DNA of 64,000 nucleotides, filler included, from Albugo candida (Eukaryota): the NCBI GenBank assembly GCA_040437565.1. It is 13 parts of 13 records of this genome, joined end to end, with 100 filler letters (N's around TTAATTAATTAA, not from the genome) between each part and the next. Parts side by side here need not be neighbours in the genome. Positions count along the whole stretch, not along the records: positions 1 to 5,267 come from JBDOQK010000162.1; positions 5,368 to 10,558 come from JBDOQK010000163.1; positions 10,659 to 15,844 come from JBDOQK010000164.1; 10 more parts are not named here. One strand, 5' to 3'. The stretch's first letter is position 1. The number at the start of each line of letters is the position of its first letter. The translations under genes and the position numbers were made by a program. The notes below the pieces were generated by a model, which was given only the letters and a program-made list of their open reading frames with translations, was not told where the DNA came from and searched no databases. Below are positions 1 to 11,451 of this stretch, one piece after another.

Positions 1-68
1 CTATTTTTCGAATATGTTCATTTAAATTTAATCTTTTTGAAATTTAAATTATGTCAAGTATTATTTAA

Positions 69-2502
69 GGAGCCCGGTATAGCCACACTCCCTTTTTGGT
101 ATAGCCGCACCCCCTAACTTAATTTAGAACACCAGTATCGTTACACCCTCTAAATATCCTTGATAAATGAGAACCGGTATCGGCACACTCGCTATTTTCA
201 ATTCGCTATATGCACCTATTCACATTGCTAGAGTACGCTAAAGTAAATACCTTGTCCTCACTATGCCATTTGCTTCACCCCGGAACACGCCTATGAGACC
301 TATGGGATTGCGAAAGAGGCAGTACAAACCTTTGCGTGGCAAGAAGGCTATTCAACAAAGAAAGGCCGCACAATGGCCGACAAGTACGGAAATACTAGGA
401 AGGTGTGGCTTGCTTGCGTCCACGGTGGTCGTTACAGAAACAAAGGCACGAGGATCCGCCAAACATCACCGCGGCTTCTAATGTGCCCATGGTTAGTCAC
501 CATTCAGCGCCAACTGAGTCAAAATTTGTTCAAGAATTGCGAGTCAGTGTGGTCGTTGCAACTCACAGTCATGAGGCAGAAGAGAATCTTGCAGCATTCC
601 CAAAGCCAGGGTATTGAAACAGGTACAGAAGAGCAAATTCTGGACTTGACAAAAGGTGGAGCGCCTCCTCGGTTGATTTGAGTACGATGAAGCGGTCTGA
701 TCCTGCTTTTCTTGCCACCGGGCATGACATTTACAATGTTCGAAAACGTGAACGAGCGGAGTTTCTTCTTGGTCGTAGCCCTCTTAAAGCGCTGCTGGAC
801 ACACTAGAGGAATATGCCATTAGGCATGAGCTTTATTTGGGAACCCTCATTGGGTCAATCAACTCGCCTCTTGATTGCACCTAAGCCTTGCATCTCACAG
901 ACAATGATTTTACTTCAGGTAAAGTTCTTATAGCAGATTCGACATACAAAACCAACTGGTGAGTAAAATGCTTTCCAATTAATCTTTGACCAGCATCAAA
1001 TAGGAGCAGAAAAAATCTCCAGGTTTCAAATGCCGTTGCTCCATGTCGTGGGTGTGGCATGCACAAACCAATCATATTCCCTTTGCTATGTTTTCTTGCG
1101 ACACGAATCAGAAGATGATTACATTTGGGCACTTCGGCAAATGAGGATAGTTTTTCAAGATAGAATCACTGGTCTGATTGTCATTGTCACTGGCTGAGAA
1201 TTGGCATTGATGGCTGCAATCTCACGGGTTCTACCAGAAGCGAAGAATCTGCTTTGCATATGGCATATTAATAAGAATGTCCTGGCAAACGCTAAAAAGC
1301 ACTTTGCAAATGACGAAGGCTGGAACGAATTTTTCAAAAAGTGGTACGGATTGTACTGCTCATCCACTGAACAGGAGTTCGAAGAGATTTGGGTGCTCCT
1401 CAAAGATGCTAATAATGAGACTGGCTATGCGTATTTACATTCCACATGGATTCCGCACAAGGAGAAATTCATCCTTGCTTGGACCAAAAAAGTAAGCATT
1501 TTAGGCATGTAGCTACATCTTGCGTTTAAGGTGGACATGCAACCTTGAAGAAATGGATTACAGTTTCAACAGGGGATTTGGCAGCAGTTTATGACAAATT
1601 GGTTCTTGCAGCTCAACAGCAGCGCCAAGGAATAAGTCAAAAGGTTGCATTTGATCGTTCACACATTATAAGTGGGAGCTTCTGGACAACTGTGAGTAGA
1701 AAGATTTCACATTATGCATTGAATGAAGTATGTAACATCAGTGTATGCATACAGTTGTGTACCGTACTGGCAAGATATGCACTGACCATATTTTGTTTTC
1801 TGCAGGTCTTCAAGCAGTACCAAAAGGCACTACCGATGGAGAACAAGGAAAAGTGCACTAGAACATTCACGAGCACTAAAGAAATGCCGTGCTCTCATGC
1901 TATCAAAGAGCTACAAAAGATGGGGTCAACATTGCATGAAGCTCGTTTTCATGAGCACTGGTGGATCTAAGGCCTTTACATCCCAAACCGCATCATGCAA
2001 TGCCTTGTCAGGACAAAACAAGCTTTTCGGACATTATGAAAAGTTTGCAAGAGCGTCATTCGGACTTGCCGCCGCACAGACAGGCCCTTTTGAGCAGGAC
2101 CTCGATTACCCTGCATCTGTTCCAATCCCAGGGGTAATTGATCCTGCCAAAGTGGCCTCAGGAGGAAGGCCGAAAGGGTCAACGAGTACCAAAAGAGATC
2201 TGTCCGCATTTGAGTAGGTTGAGAGGGAGGGACAGAACTGCCGAAACGAAGATGTGGGGCCTGCAACCAAGAAGGTCACAACAGGCGCACATGTCCATAA
2301 CTCAAACTTAAAAAAATCGGTTATAGTTTAGGGGTGTGGCGATACGGTTTCCTGATTAAATTTTTATTTAGGGGATTTAGCGAGTGTGCCGATACCGGTT
2401 CTCATTTATCAAGGATATTAGAGGGTGTAGCGATACCGGTGTTCTCAATTAAGTTAGGGGATGCGGCTATACCAAAAAGGGTGTGTGGCTATACCGGGTT
2501 CC
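69..2502 (+). mobile_element. Complete Mutator-like DNA transposon (MULE) with ~125-bp TIRs
   Basis: Left TIR 69-194 (GGAGCCCGGTATAGCCACAC...) is the near-perfect reverse complement of right TIR 2378-2502. Flanked by TTATTTAA (61-68) and TTATCTAA (2503-2510), an 8-bp TSD with one mismatch. Contains an internal MULE transposase relic. Confidence 0.93.
230..2300 (+). pseudogene. MULE/FAR1-like transposase pseudogene
   Basis: Fragments across frames: ADSTYKTN, ELALMAAISRVLPEAKNLLCIWHINKNV (MULE CxWH), SWIM-like C...MPCSH, GRPKGS and C-terminal knuckle CGACNQEGHNRRTCP. Multiple stops and frameshifts. Probable 78-nt intron 1728-1805. 5' boundary approximate. Confidence 0.88.
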
Positions 2503-2782
2503 TTATCTAAAGTTAATTTTTAAAGATAAGAATGTAGATTTGAGTAAAGTTGGTAAGGTTCAGGGCGTATTATCGAATTAAACCATTGAAAAAGGAATGT
2601 CAAATTTTCTTTTTAATATTTTTGTATAATCGCTCCTCCCGAAAAAAGAAGGCTAGTCTTATTAGCCAATTTGCACCAAGCCAACAACAAGAACACGCAG
2701 CTTCAGGCACAGAAACAACAGCAGGAAGAGGTGGAGACAGCCGAGGATCTCGACTGTCAGAGCCTCATGTCAGACTGGAGTG

Positions 2783-2890
2783 GAGAGGAGGAAGAGTAAG
2801 AGGAAGAGGAAGAGGAAGAGGGAAGAGGGAAGAGGGAAGAGGAAGGGGTGAAGGTGAAGGTGAAGGTGAAGGCGGAGAGGAAGAAGACTG
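2783..2890 (+). repeat. Purine-rich low-complexity tract (GAGGAA)n/(GGTGAA)n
   Basis: Directly visible. Reads as poly-Glu or Gly-Glu/Arg-Gly depending on frame. Confidence 0.8.
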
Positions 2891-3002
2891 GCTGAAAACA
2901 AACACATCTCAGCTACAAAAGAGAATTGCTGCTGTCCAGGCTCAGCTGGAGGAGGAAATGAGGGGAAGAATCAGCGTCACCGACCGCACACGTTGGGCAT
3001 TT

Positions 3003-3869
3003 TCATTGACCGGATGCCATTTGCATAAATCTGACCAGCAGATTGGATGTCTCCAATGCGTTTGATGGGCTATCTTCTGTCTGTGCGGCTTTTTCCACAT
3101 GCTCTTCTTTACCATTTAATTCTTTGCTTGAATCTGTTGTTGTGTGAACTTTGCTTGAATCTGTTGTTGTGTGAACTTTGCTTGGAGGCACTTCAGACAA
3201 TTTCACATTTTGTACTTTTGGTAGAGCTGGTACAAATGAAAAAGGTCGGTGTACTTTTAAAGCAGAGAATTGATTTTGAGATGGAGGTTTCCTGGGCGTA
3301 CATCTCTCAGTGGGCGGGGGAGAGAATAAGAATTTCCACTTCCTATCGACTTGAGTCTCAGTCGAGCCGGTCGATGACACCGGTGAATTTAAAACGTGTT
3401 TCTGCGTGCTCGATCTTTTCCTCAGCGTCTTGACGCCAGCAATCGGGATAATGGTATCGGATACGACCGGACTTGGAGGTTTCAAATCGGTTGTAGACGT
3501 TGCCTTTGGGATGGAAAATATAGCTGAGAGCGTTTTGATCGGTGGGATTTTCTCAGGCTGAGTGGTCGTATGCTCTGGAATTGCTTCGCGCTCGAGTTTT
3601 TTCTGCGTTCGAGTCAGCTGACAGTTGGCCCACGACACTGAGCATCCAGCTGTTGGTTTCTTTCGCTCTTTTTCCATCAGACTCTTGAGTTTTTGTAAAC
3701 AATTTATCGCTTTTTCTGCAATGGCAGTAGAATATGCGTTCCGTGAAGCAGGATCTTGATGTCCATGTGTGAGTAAGCGCGAGCTACGGAGTCTTTCGTG
3801 GCGATTTCTTGCTCCATACGCAGAAAAAATAGGCTGACGGTGAGATTTGACTAAGATGGGTTCAGACAT
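3003..3869 (-). CDS. Hypothetical Ser/Pro/Thr/Lys-rich protein (288 aa ORF)
   Basis: Open 867-nt frame with ATG. In-frame 27-bp tandem duplication (3122-3184, SKVHTTTDS x2). No recognisable domain. Confidence 0.4.
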   Translation of the reverse strand: MSEPILVKSHRQPIFSAYGARNRHERLRSSRLLTHGHQDPASRNAYSTAIAEKAINCLQKLKSLMEKERKKPTAGCSVSWANCQLTRTQKKLEREAIPEHTTTQPEKIPPIKTLSAIFSIPKATSTTDLKPPSPVVSDTIIPIAGVKTLRKRSSTQKHVLNSPVSSTGSTETQVDRKWKFLFSPPPTERCTPRKPPSQNQFSALKVHRPFSFVPALPKVQNVKLSEVPPSKVHTTTDSSKVHTTTDSSKELNGKEEHVEKAAQTEDSPSNALETSNLLVRFMQMASGQ

Positions 3870-4329
3870 ACCTGATTTGGGTCGAGGCTTGGCGCTATTT
3901 TCTCTGATGAAGTTAAAAGTCTATCAGACACCTGGATTGAAAAGTTTTGTCAAGTTTTCTTGCACCAAACGATAGGTTTTGTAGTGCTAAACATTTTGTT
4001 GCAAGCCGATTGTGCAAATCTTTATTTTTCATGGTGCTGATACCCTGAAAGCTTGACCTTTTTGCATGTTTTCCTAAGATCGGCAGGATTTGAAACACCC
4101 CGTGTGAAAGGTCGTACGCTGTGATTTTTTTTCCTTGGCAGAAATAAAAGAAGACAGGCAAGGTATTAAAAAAAGGAATGTCTACGCACAGTTTTTGGCC
4201 TGTTATAAGAGGAAATAGGGCATGGGAGGTATAAAAAAACGAGGAATGGCGATGTATATATGGCAGAGTCATAAGGAAATCCAAAAAAAAGCGCAAACAC
4301 CTGTCAACACATCGATATGCCTGCATAAA

Positions 4330-5267
4330 TCAATCGTTGACGTGTAGACGTCGGTGTGATTTCATCTTCCGTCTGTCCCTCTCAACCTTCTCCGCCTCGA
4401 TGCCATCCTTGCCTTTGCTATACATTTTGATGTATCGCCAGGATGTTTGATAGTGCTTCCGAATCTCCTTCATGCTCACTCCATCGAGGATACCAGGGAG
4501 CCTCTCCCAAAGCGTGGTGAAATTATAATTACATTTCTTCCACGCTGCTCTCTTGTCGGCTTCCCATTACCTCTCGATGAAGTTGCACTCACAGTAGAAT
4601 TTGGGGTAATATTCAATAATGTGTCCTGCCTGCTTCACCTCCATCTCCAGGGCTGACTCCTGTTCAGCAAAATCGGGCTGAGCCATCAAGGCATGCCTTC
4701 AGCATCAGTCATTTGTTGGGGGAATGCCTTGGAATGGCAATCCTGATTCCTATTTACGTTGGGAGGAGTACCGATCCCTCCTTCCTTCAGCAACTGTGAG
4801 AGAGCAACGTCAGGGATGAGATCGCATCAGTGAGATCTTGAAAGAACAGAGAAGAAGCTTACCATCTCGATGCCCTTAAAGTGATCTCTCCCATGTGGGT
4901 AAACCACATGGATTACTAGATTTTTTGGTAATTGATGATGTACCATCCATCTTTGTATTGGTATGTTTTCTCCTTCTTGGGCTTGAGAGTCATCCTGCCA
5001 GCCACCAGAGAGTTGCGAGCGAACGCCTGATGATTGGAGTATTGGTCGAAAGAAAACAGTCCTGATTGTTTTTGTTTTACAAAAAAATCAATCTTCAGTT
5101 CCAACTAGAAATGTGAAACAAGAAATTTGAAAACCTCACCAGTGCATCCTGGATGAAGAATGTTGAAAATGGGGATGGCCTTCTCATTGAGTTGTCTTAC
5201 CATGTCTTCACTTTTCCTCCAACCATCTCTGTTCTTGCCTGCCTTGATGATCTCTCTGGCTGATGGT
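4330..5267 (-). mobile_element. IS630-Tc1-mariner-like DDE transposase relic, C-terminal part (truncated by contig end)
   Basis: GKNRDGW, EKAIPIFNILHPGC, FSFDQYSNHQAFA, HIIEYYPKFYCECNFIER, WRYIKMY, KSHRR. Nucleotide-level match to 50320-50910. Confidence 0.8.
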
Positions 5268-5367
5268 NNNNNNNNNNNNNNNNNNNNNNNNNNNNNNNNN
5301 NNNNNNNNNNNTTAATTAATTAANNNNNNNNNNNNNNNNNNNNNNNNNNNNNNNNNNNNNNNNNNNN
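5268..5367. other. Artificial contig-joining linker (first of 12)
   Basis: 44 N + TTAATTAATTAA (stops in all six frames) + 44 N. Identical linkers at 10559-10658, 15845-15944, 21071-21170, 26277-26376, 31464-31563, 36552-36651, 41622-41721, 46671-46770, 51642-51741, 56512-56611 and 61361-61460. Intervening contigs decrease monotonically in length. Confidence 0.98.
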
Positions 5368-5590
5368 GCATAGAAGACACGGCAAACAATTTAATACACA
5401 CTTTATTTGTTAGCAAAGGAGAAATATGTCGGTCAGAGTCCTTCCAGTGTCACACCAGTTGGCCATTCTCGGTTCGGCATCGATTACTCACTATTTCTTC
5501 ATCGGAGTATCACCGTACTTATATTCGTCGCGAACTTACTGTACATTTTCGTAGGTTGAATCTGATGCAGTCGTGAATGATCTGCACGGA
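5368..5590. repeat. Diverged direct repeat, copy 1 (paralogous to 9060-9296)
   Basis: Collinear shared blocks: ACACGGCAAACAAT, CAGTGTCACA, CTCGGTTCGG, TCATCRGWGTAT, ACTGYACATTTTCGT, AATRATCTGCAC. Confidence 0.7.
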
Positions 5591-7079
5591 GGCTTTGTTG
5601 TACACCGTGATCCTGGTGGCATCTTCATGTGATGGACATCATTCAAGGACAAGTTGCTCTTGATTACTTTATATTTATTAAAGGGGAGATAGCCTTATAT
5701 TTTGGTACCGCAAGAAAGGGTTGTCAGCAGCAACACATATCATCAACCTCGGAGAGGACACCTCCAATAATCGTTGTTCTATGTATACTTCTAAACATTA
5801 TGTTCGGTTGCATTGAAGCAATATAATGTGCTTGGAATAAATTAAGTACAAGTGAGAACAACAATAAACTTAAAACCAACGCGTTATTGTGGCTCACGGA
5901 TGGAAATCCCAGTACGAAAGCTTGTTCAGCGACGATTCGCGCTTAAGAAATGGATTCAATTAAGCATATCGGAGCTTTGTCGGGCCCTAAGAATCTTAAT
6001 GGTTCAAACACAAGCGGCGAATCGATCTCTCAACTCGGTCGATTACGTAATGGCTGATATAGTGAACTCGTGCAAATAAGGAAGACGCTGTACTCGAGAC
6101 TCGTCATGTGGATAACACTCCATCCATACGCTGACGTCGACTGAATCGGTTTTGTTCGTTGTGTTGAGGCTCTGTTGAGAAGAGCGGAGCTGCTGACGAT
6201 CAAATGAAGCTGCAAGAAGCATGATGGAAGATGACTTGGAAGCCCGGTTTTTCGACATGAAGGAGTGATACAAGTAAGGGAAGCAGAGAAATGAAATAAG
6301 ATTATTTGTTTGGATACTTAGACACAAAAAGAAGTCTTTCATGAACCGAGGACGTGCGTGCTCATTCAGGATCGAAATGACGTATCTTATCGGCGAAGGA
6401 TCCTACTTTTGTGAAATTTTGTCGAAACAGTATTGATGGAATGTGCTGACATGTCGATGTACGTCATGTCAGAATCCACTTCCTATCGTCCAATTCGTCG
6501 TTGTGAATATGGAGATTTTGAAAACGATAGCTGCTTCATAAAGAATGCATTCGAAGGCCGTATAATGAAATCACGCTTACAGGAGTTTTTTTCGCTCACC
6601 TGCTACAAACGTCAGTTCGGGTCAAGGAATGTCTGCACGGATGCGCAAGCATGGATTATACGTCTTCGTTCGCTCCAAAAAACAAGCTGGAGTATCATTA
6701 CACCTTTTCCTGGTGCACGAATAGACTTTTGGAAGCCATAAAGACTCCTCGACGGCATTGTGACATTTTTTCTTGCAAGCGATGTAGAGACCACCGAAAT
6801 GAGTATTGCAACGATTGCAATAGGTGCTACTTTGCAGAAGGGGCTGGAGAACTGCCTTGTTCCTGTCAAGTTCACCCAAGTGGGAGCCATCAGATTGTAA
6901 AAGAAGCAATTTCTTTCGATCACGTTGCTGCGTTTGCTGAAGAAGAGAACGAGTGCACAATTACGTGGTGGCCACAATGCATGGAATATGGACGCTCCAA
7001 TTATGTATGTGAGAATCGCATCCGTATTGCTACACACATTTCCACCAGCGATGCCAATGCTGAGTAAAAGCTGTCAATA

Positions 7080-8400
7080 CCTTGGATAGTATCAAACCAA
7101 AGAACCCCAGACCGATAATCAAACAAAATGACAAGAGCATCGCAGGACGAGAAGCCCCACTTGTTTTATCTCGCCTACAACAATTACTCAACCATCCAAA
7201 TGATTCATCTACTGAGCAAAGAAGGCAAGTGCTAATCGGAATCAGCCATTCCTGCCAGTCGGAATTCATCTTTCTTCATTTCCACTACAAAAAGCCCTAA
7301 ATCCCTGGCAATTATGGAGTGAGAAACCACACACTCAGCCAACTTCCCCCACTATGCAAACGCACTTTGAGCAAGAAAGCGGTCCCAGCCAAAGTACGAA
7401 AGGATCATCAGTTTCGGCGATCAAGAAGGGTAACTGGAATTATCATCGGCATCGAAATCCATGATTATGAAGCAACGTGCAGGCCCATACTCTTCCCCTA
7501 CACTAAACAATATTCCATTACAAAAGCTTATATCTCTCGGAAATGCGGTGAACAGCTCTGCAAATGTCAACAACACGGGCACTATACCACAGATGTATAC
7601 GTGGTATTCTGTTATACACCCCATTGGATGCCAAGACTCGAGGAAAAGAAAACCAAAAGCCAGGACGCAAGAAAGCTCTTGTCAAACGACTGAGATGGAT
7701 CAATACTATTACTCATCCTATGTATATAATTGACCATACGACTGGATGAACACCGGACTCTACATCCCCTTTTGAAAATAAGGCTCAACGTGTAAAGTAT
7801 CTGACACCTGGCTATCAGTAGCATCGAAGCTATCTCCATTAAAGAACCCATGCAAGAGAATTGAAAGGAGGTGGGCAATTTGTCCGACTACGAATGCGCT
7901 GCGTGACGCCAGACGCAAAATTGTACACCAGACGGTCTATTATAACAGAAAATAACTCGAGTTGTGACAGCTCCATTACACGTGGGGTCTCAGGATACTG
8001 TGAGATACGACACCATTCAAGTGGAGCGATACTCCGAGTTTTAGTAATACATTGCAGATCCCGGAATATTCTGACTTTTATCTGTACCTTTTACAGACGT
8101 CCACCTCTAAAGTATGTTTATGAAACTCCAAAGAATGCTTTGGTATGTCACAAGTGGTGGAATCACGATGGCCTCGAAAACGGTGAAAAACATAACTGAA
8201 ACACCCAACATCTTCGCGATAATATTGTTGTCCACGGCCGTGTATTGGAAAGTGTATGCGCTTCTGTCTGCTCAGTACGAATCGCAAGAGCTCAATTCTG
8301 CCGTGTATCCCATCTTGATCAATTGCTAGAGATAGACCTGGTAGCTGATGTCACTCTTCGGGCAATTGAGGATCAACGGTTGAAGCGATGTGATATCACA
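7080..8400 (+). pseudogene. Heavily decayed retroelement gag/pol-like relic
   Basis: Knuckle-like LCKCQQHGHY, plus a later YWKVYALL...YPILIN that faintly resembles the Gypsy RT DYRKLN...YPLP block. Very degenerate. Confidence 0.25.
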
Positions 8401-8670
8401 TTCCATGCTTTGTACTGAAGTAATTTCCAGCGTATGTTACTTTCGGACGCAGACAACTTGGCTGTCCGTAATCGAACCTATCTACTCACATATGATACTC
8501 TATGAAATACAGGTACTATCTCTTGGTGGACGTAGCGGGTCGCACTTATGTGGGCATTTATGAGTAAGAAATGGGTAAGGGGCTGTAGTCATTGCCGAGC
8601 ATTCATAAAAGAATAATGCAATCCGTCTTCTTCGACTTGTGTTTATCACTTCTGGCTCTATTTCTTCCCA

Positions 8671-8995
8671 TCAATGAAAACTCTTGAAGCTCATCCAGAT
8701 CTCTTGAGGAATCCTGTAAGGATCCGATACTTTGTAACATACCCTTGGTAGAGATGCTATCATCTCATCTGACCCCACTCCAGCGCCGAGCGAGGTCATA
8801 AAGCAACCTCCTAATGTATCCAGTAATCCAAAGATCTTGATGGCTCGTGCGCGGTACAAGTGATGGTACCATCAGCTTGCCAGATACTTTGTTGCCCTCT
8901 GCAACTGTATTTAATGGCTGTATCATAAGGTAGCCCGTGAACGTCAGCAGCGTAAAAGCCACGACCATCATACACTTAGTTTCCACCCAACATAG
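8671..8995 (-). pseudogene. Putative secreted-protein gene relic
   Basis: Hydrophobic N-terminus MMVVAFTLLTFTGYLMI. ACTCATTC initiator-like motif just upstream (~9008-9017). Frameshifted. Confidence 0.3.
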
Positions 8996-9059
8996 TTACG
9001 TGTTGTTTGAATGAGTCAAATCGTATAAATGAAGCCCTCTTGTACGAGCCCGAGGGTCA

Positions 9060-9296
9060 GGCAGACAACACGGCAAACAATCAAACACCCAATTACATTG
9101 CAAAATAAAACGAAACACTCGCCGGGATAGATTCCGCGCAGTGTCACATCGCTTGACCACCCTCGGTTCGGATCGGAAGCTCATTGCTTTTCAGAAGAGA
9201 ACCGCCTTGCTTATGCTCATCAGTGTATGATTACTTGACTCCGACAGACTGCACATTTTCGTTTCTTGACGCTGACACGTATAAATAATCTGCACA
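9060..9296. repeat. Diverged direct repeat, copy 2 (upstream region of the 8671-8995 gene relic)
   Basis: Same collinear blocks as 5368-5590. Confidence 0.7.
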
Positions 9297-9589
9297 AACT
9301 ATTTCTTAAGCGCGGTCGTCGCGCAACTCTGAATTGTGAAACTCAAGTGTATGCTTGTATTGCTTTCCCGGGCTACCTTATGAACTCCCTACACACTACG
9401 CCTGATATAAGCGTTCCGACGTGACACATACGCTGCTGATTGTAGTTACAGAAGACGACGGAGCGAATTCCAACTTCAAGTGACTCACTGCCGTGTGATC
9501 AGAACTATATATCATACTTGATTTTGATAACGCTAATGAGGTGTCATTCAATCAGGCAAAGTTCCCTCGTGAGAACCAAATAGGAAGAT

Positions 9590-10495
9590 ATGCTTCACTT
9601 CGTCTTTAGTGACTTTGATTCAACGCTTGGCCTCTTATCGCATCCTTCCAACTCCGACAATCTTACACTACATGTAATGTCCATATGTGACTTGGGTGGC
9701 ATCCATCCTCAACGCTGTAGCCGTAAGTGAAAGTATCAGTCGTGTAGGTTTCATGCTTCATACTGAGACTGATGCAACGAAAGTACAATTACTGTGTGAC
9801 AACGTGGAAACACATTCTACAGCACACAAATGAATCAATAATTGGAATTTAAACTGCTATGTTGACCGCTATGTCTTGCTACCTTTGCATTCTTACGATG
9901 GGCACACTGCGCAGAAAGCAAGGTATGAGGACAAGATTCTATAAGAGTATCCTTGAGCTGATTAAGTCATCCAAACTGTTCACTGCATCATATTCCAATT
10001 TGATTACTAACCGGAGATGCGCCGAAAATCTTGTTTGCTACAGTTGGTGACTCAAGGCCACCACACAAAGTAGAAGAAGCATGGAAATAGGACAAAGCAA
10101 AGACTTTAATTTTGGAGTGATGGAGTAGTAGCATCCCACATTTGCATATCCTTTGATAGAGCTATTATTGTGCGAAGTGCTTCAGATTGTTTTGCAAGAC
10201 AGTAACACATGGCTTACGAAGAAAGCACGAGTCGATATATACATACACCGACAAAGAGTTGAACACATGGGGTATCGCAGGAGAGAACTTGCTTGGTCGA
10301 CTATATAATGAAGTCTCCCAGCTACTGCAGCGTACCGCTGGACGAATGACCTCATTAACTGAAGTGAACCAGAAGTGTGCGGCCGCTTTCTGAGAGAGTA
10401 CGAAACAATCGAAGAGGCTTTTAACAAGCTTTTTGACGGCCCAAGCTTTCAAGCATCGATTGAATACGCTTCGAAGCGAAGAAAAGCCGTCCTAA
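9590..10495 (+). pseudogene. Cys-motif gene relic, possibly CCG/CHxC-effector-like
   Basis: TCATTC initiator-like motif near 9544. Broken frames with CYLCILTMG and YYCAKCFRLFC. Many stops. Confidence 0.22.
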
Positions 10496-10666
10496 ACCGG
10501 TGCGTTGCTCATCTTGCATGTGTTCTGTAGCAAAAGATTTGGAACGGATTTGCTCATCNNNNNNNNNNNNNNNNNNNNNNNNNNNNNNNNNNNNNNNNNN
10601 NNTTAATTAATTAANNNNNNNNNNNNNNNNNNNNNNNNNNNNNNNNNNNNNNNNNNNNCCCCCCCT

Positions 10667-11381
10667 CCCCAATTCAGGATCCAATAGATCATTCCGTATC
10701 AATTTTGTACCAATCACGTGACAATCAGCAATCATTTATCACAAACTCGTACAAACAATAGACACAGAAGAATTGGAGTATATCAGCGAATAGTCAGTCC
10801 ATGGTGATTTCATGGACGAGAAGCAAGAGCTATTCGCTAAAAGCAATGACAATCTCGATAAGTATTTTTGAAGTTGATTAGATCAAAATCATAATATAGA
10901 AATGCACAATTGTTCTTTCCATGTCTTCCCTTGATCCAACGGCAATATAATCCGATCAATTCACAGATGAATAGAACGCAATTTCACAAAAATCAGATGG
11001 TAAGAAGAGGATACCATGGCTACGTCATTCCATGTTACTGACATTGGAGCATAAGTAGCAACGCATCGCTAACGAAGGCTTAAAATGATGAAGTAACTGT
11101 ACATCGATGCTATTATCCAAAAGCCTTACTTATAGCCACATGATGAGTATTCGACAAACGAATGAGACTAAGAAGATATAGGCAGTGCGATTATATTTTG
11201 CTATATGTGAGTAGGATATCGGTTCTTGACTGCAACCAAAAAGCTAACAGGCTGCGCAGGGTCCTTGCACTCAAAACGATAACACAGAGACGCAACTAAG
11301 TATGTATGACACACATATCATAATAATTATGTGATTGGTGGAAACTGGTAGGGAATGATTTTATCGGCTCCTGAATTGGGG
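10667..11381. mobile_element. Non-autonomous element/MITE-like unit with ~50-bp imperfect inverted repeats
   Basis: CCCCAATTCAGGATCCAATAGATCATTCC...CCAATCAC (10667-10717) versus its reverse complement at 11331-11381. No intact internal ORF. Left side abuts the contig start. Confidence 0.6.
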
Positions 11382-11451
11382 TGTGCGTGTGAGCGTAGCC
11401 AAGGGGGGGGGTGTCATTATAGGCGCTCCTTAAAAGAGCTGTAGGGATATC

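Noticed and set aside
6651-7067. Cys-rich ORF (CKRC...CNDCNRC) suggesting a zinc finger
   Set aside because: Overlapped by similar-length ORFs in other frames within a decayed region. No coherent ligand spacing or gene structure.
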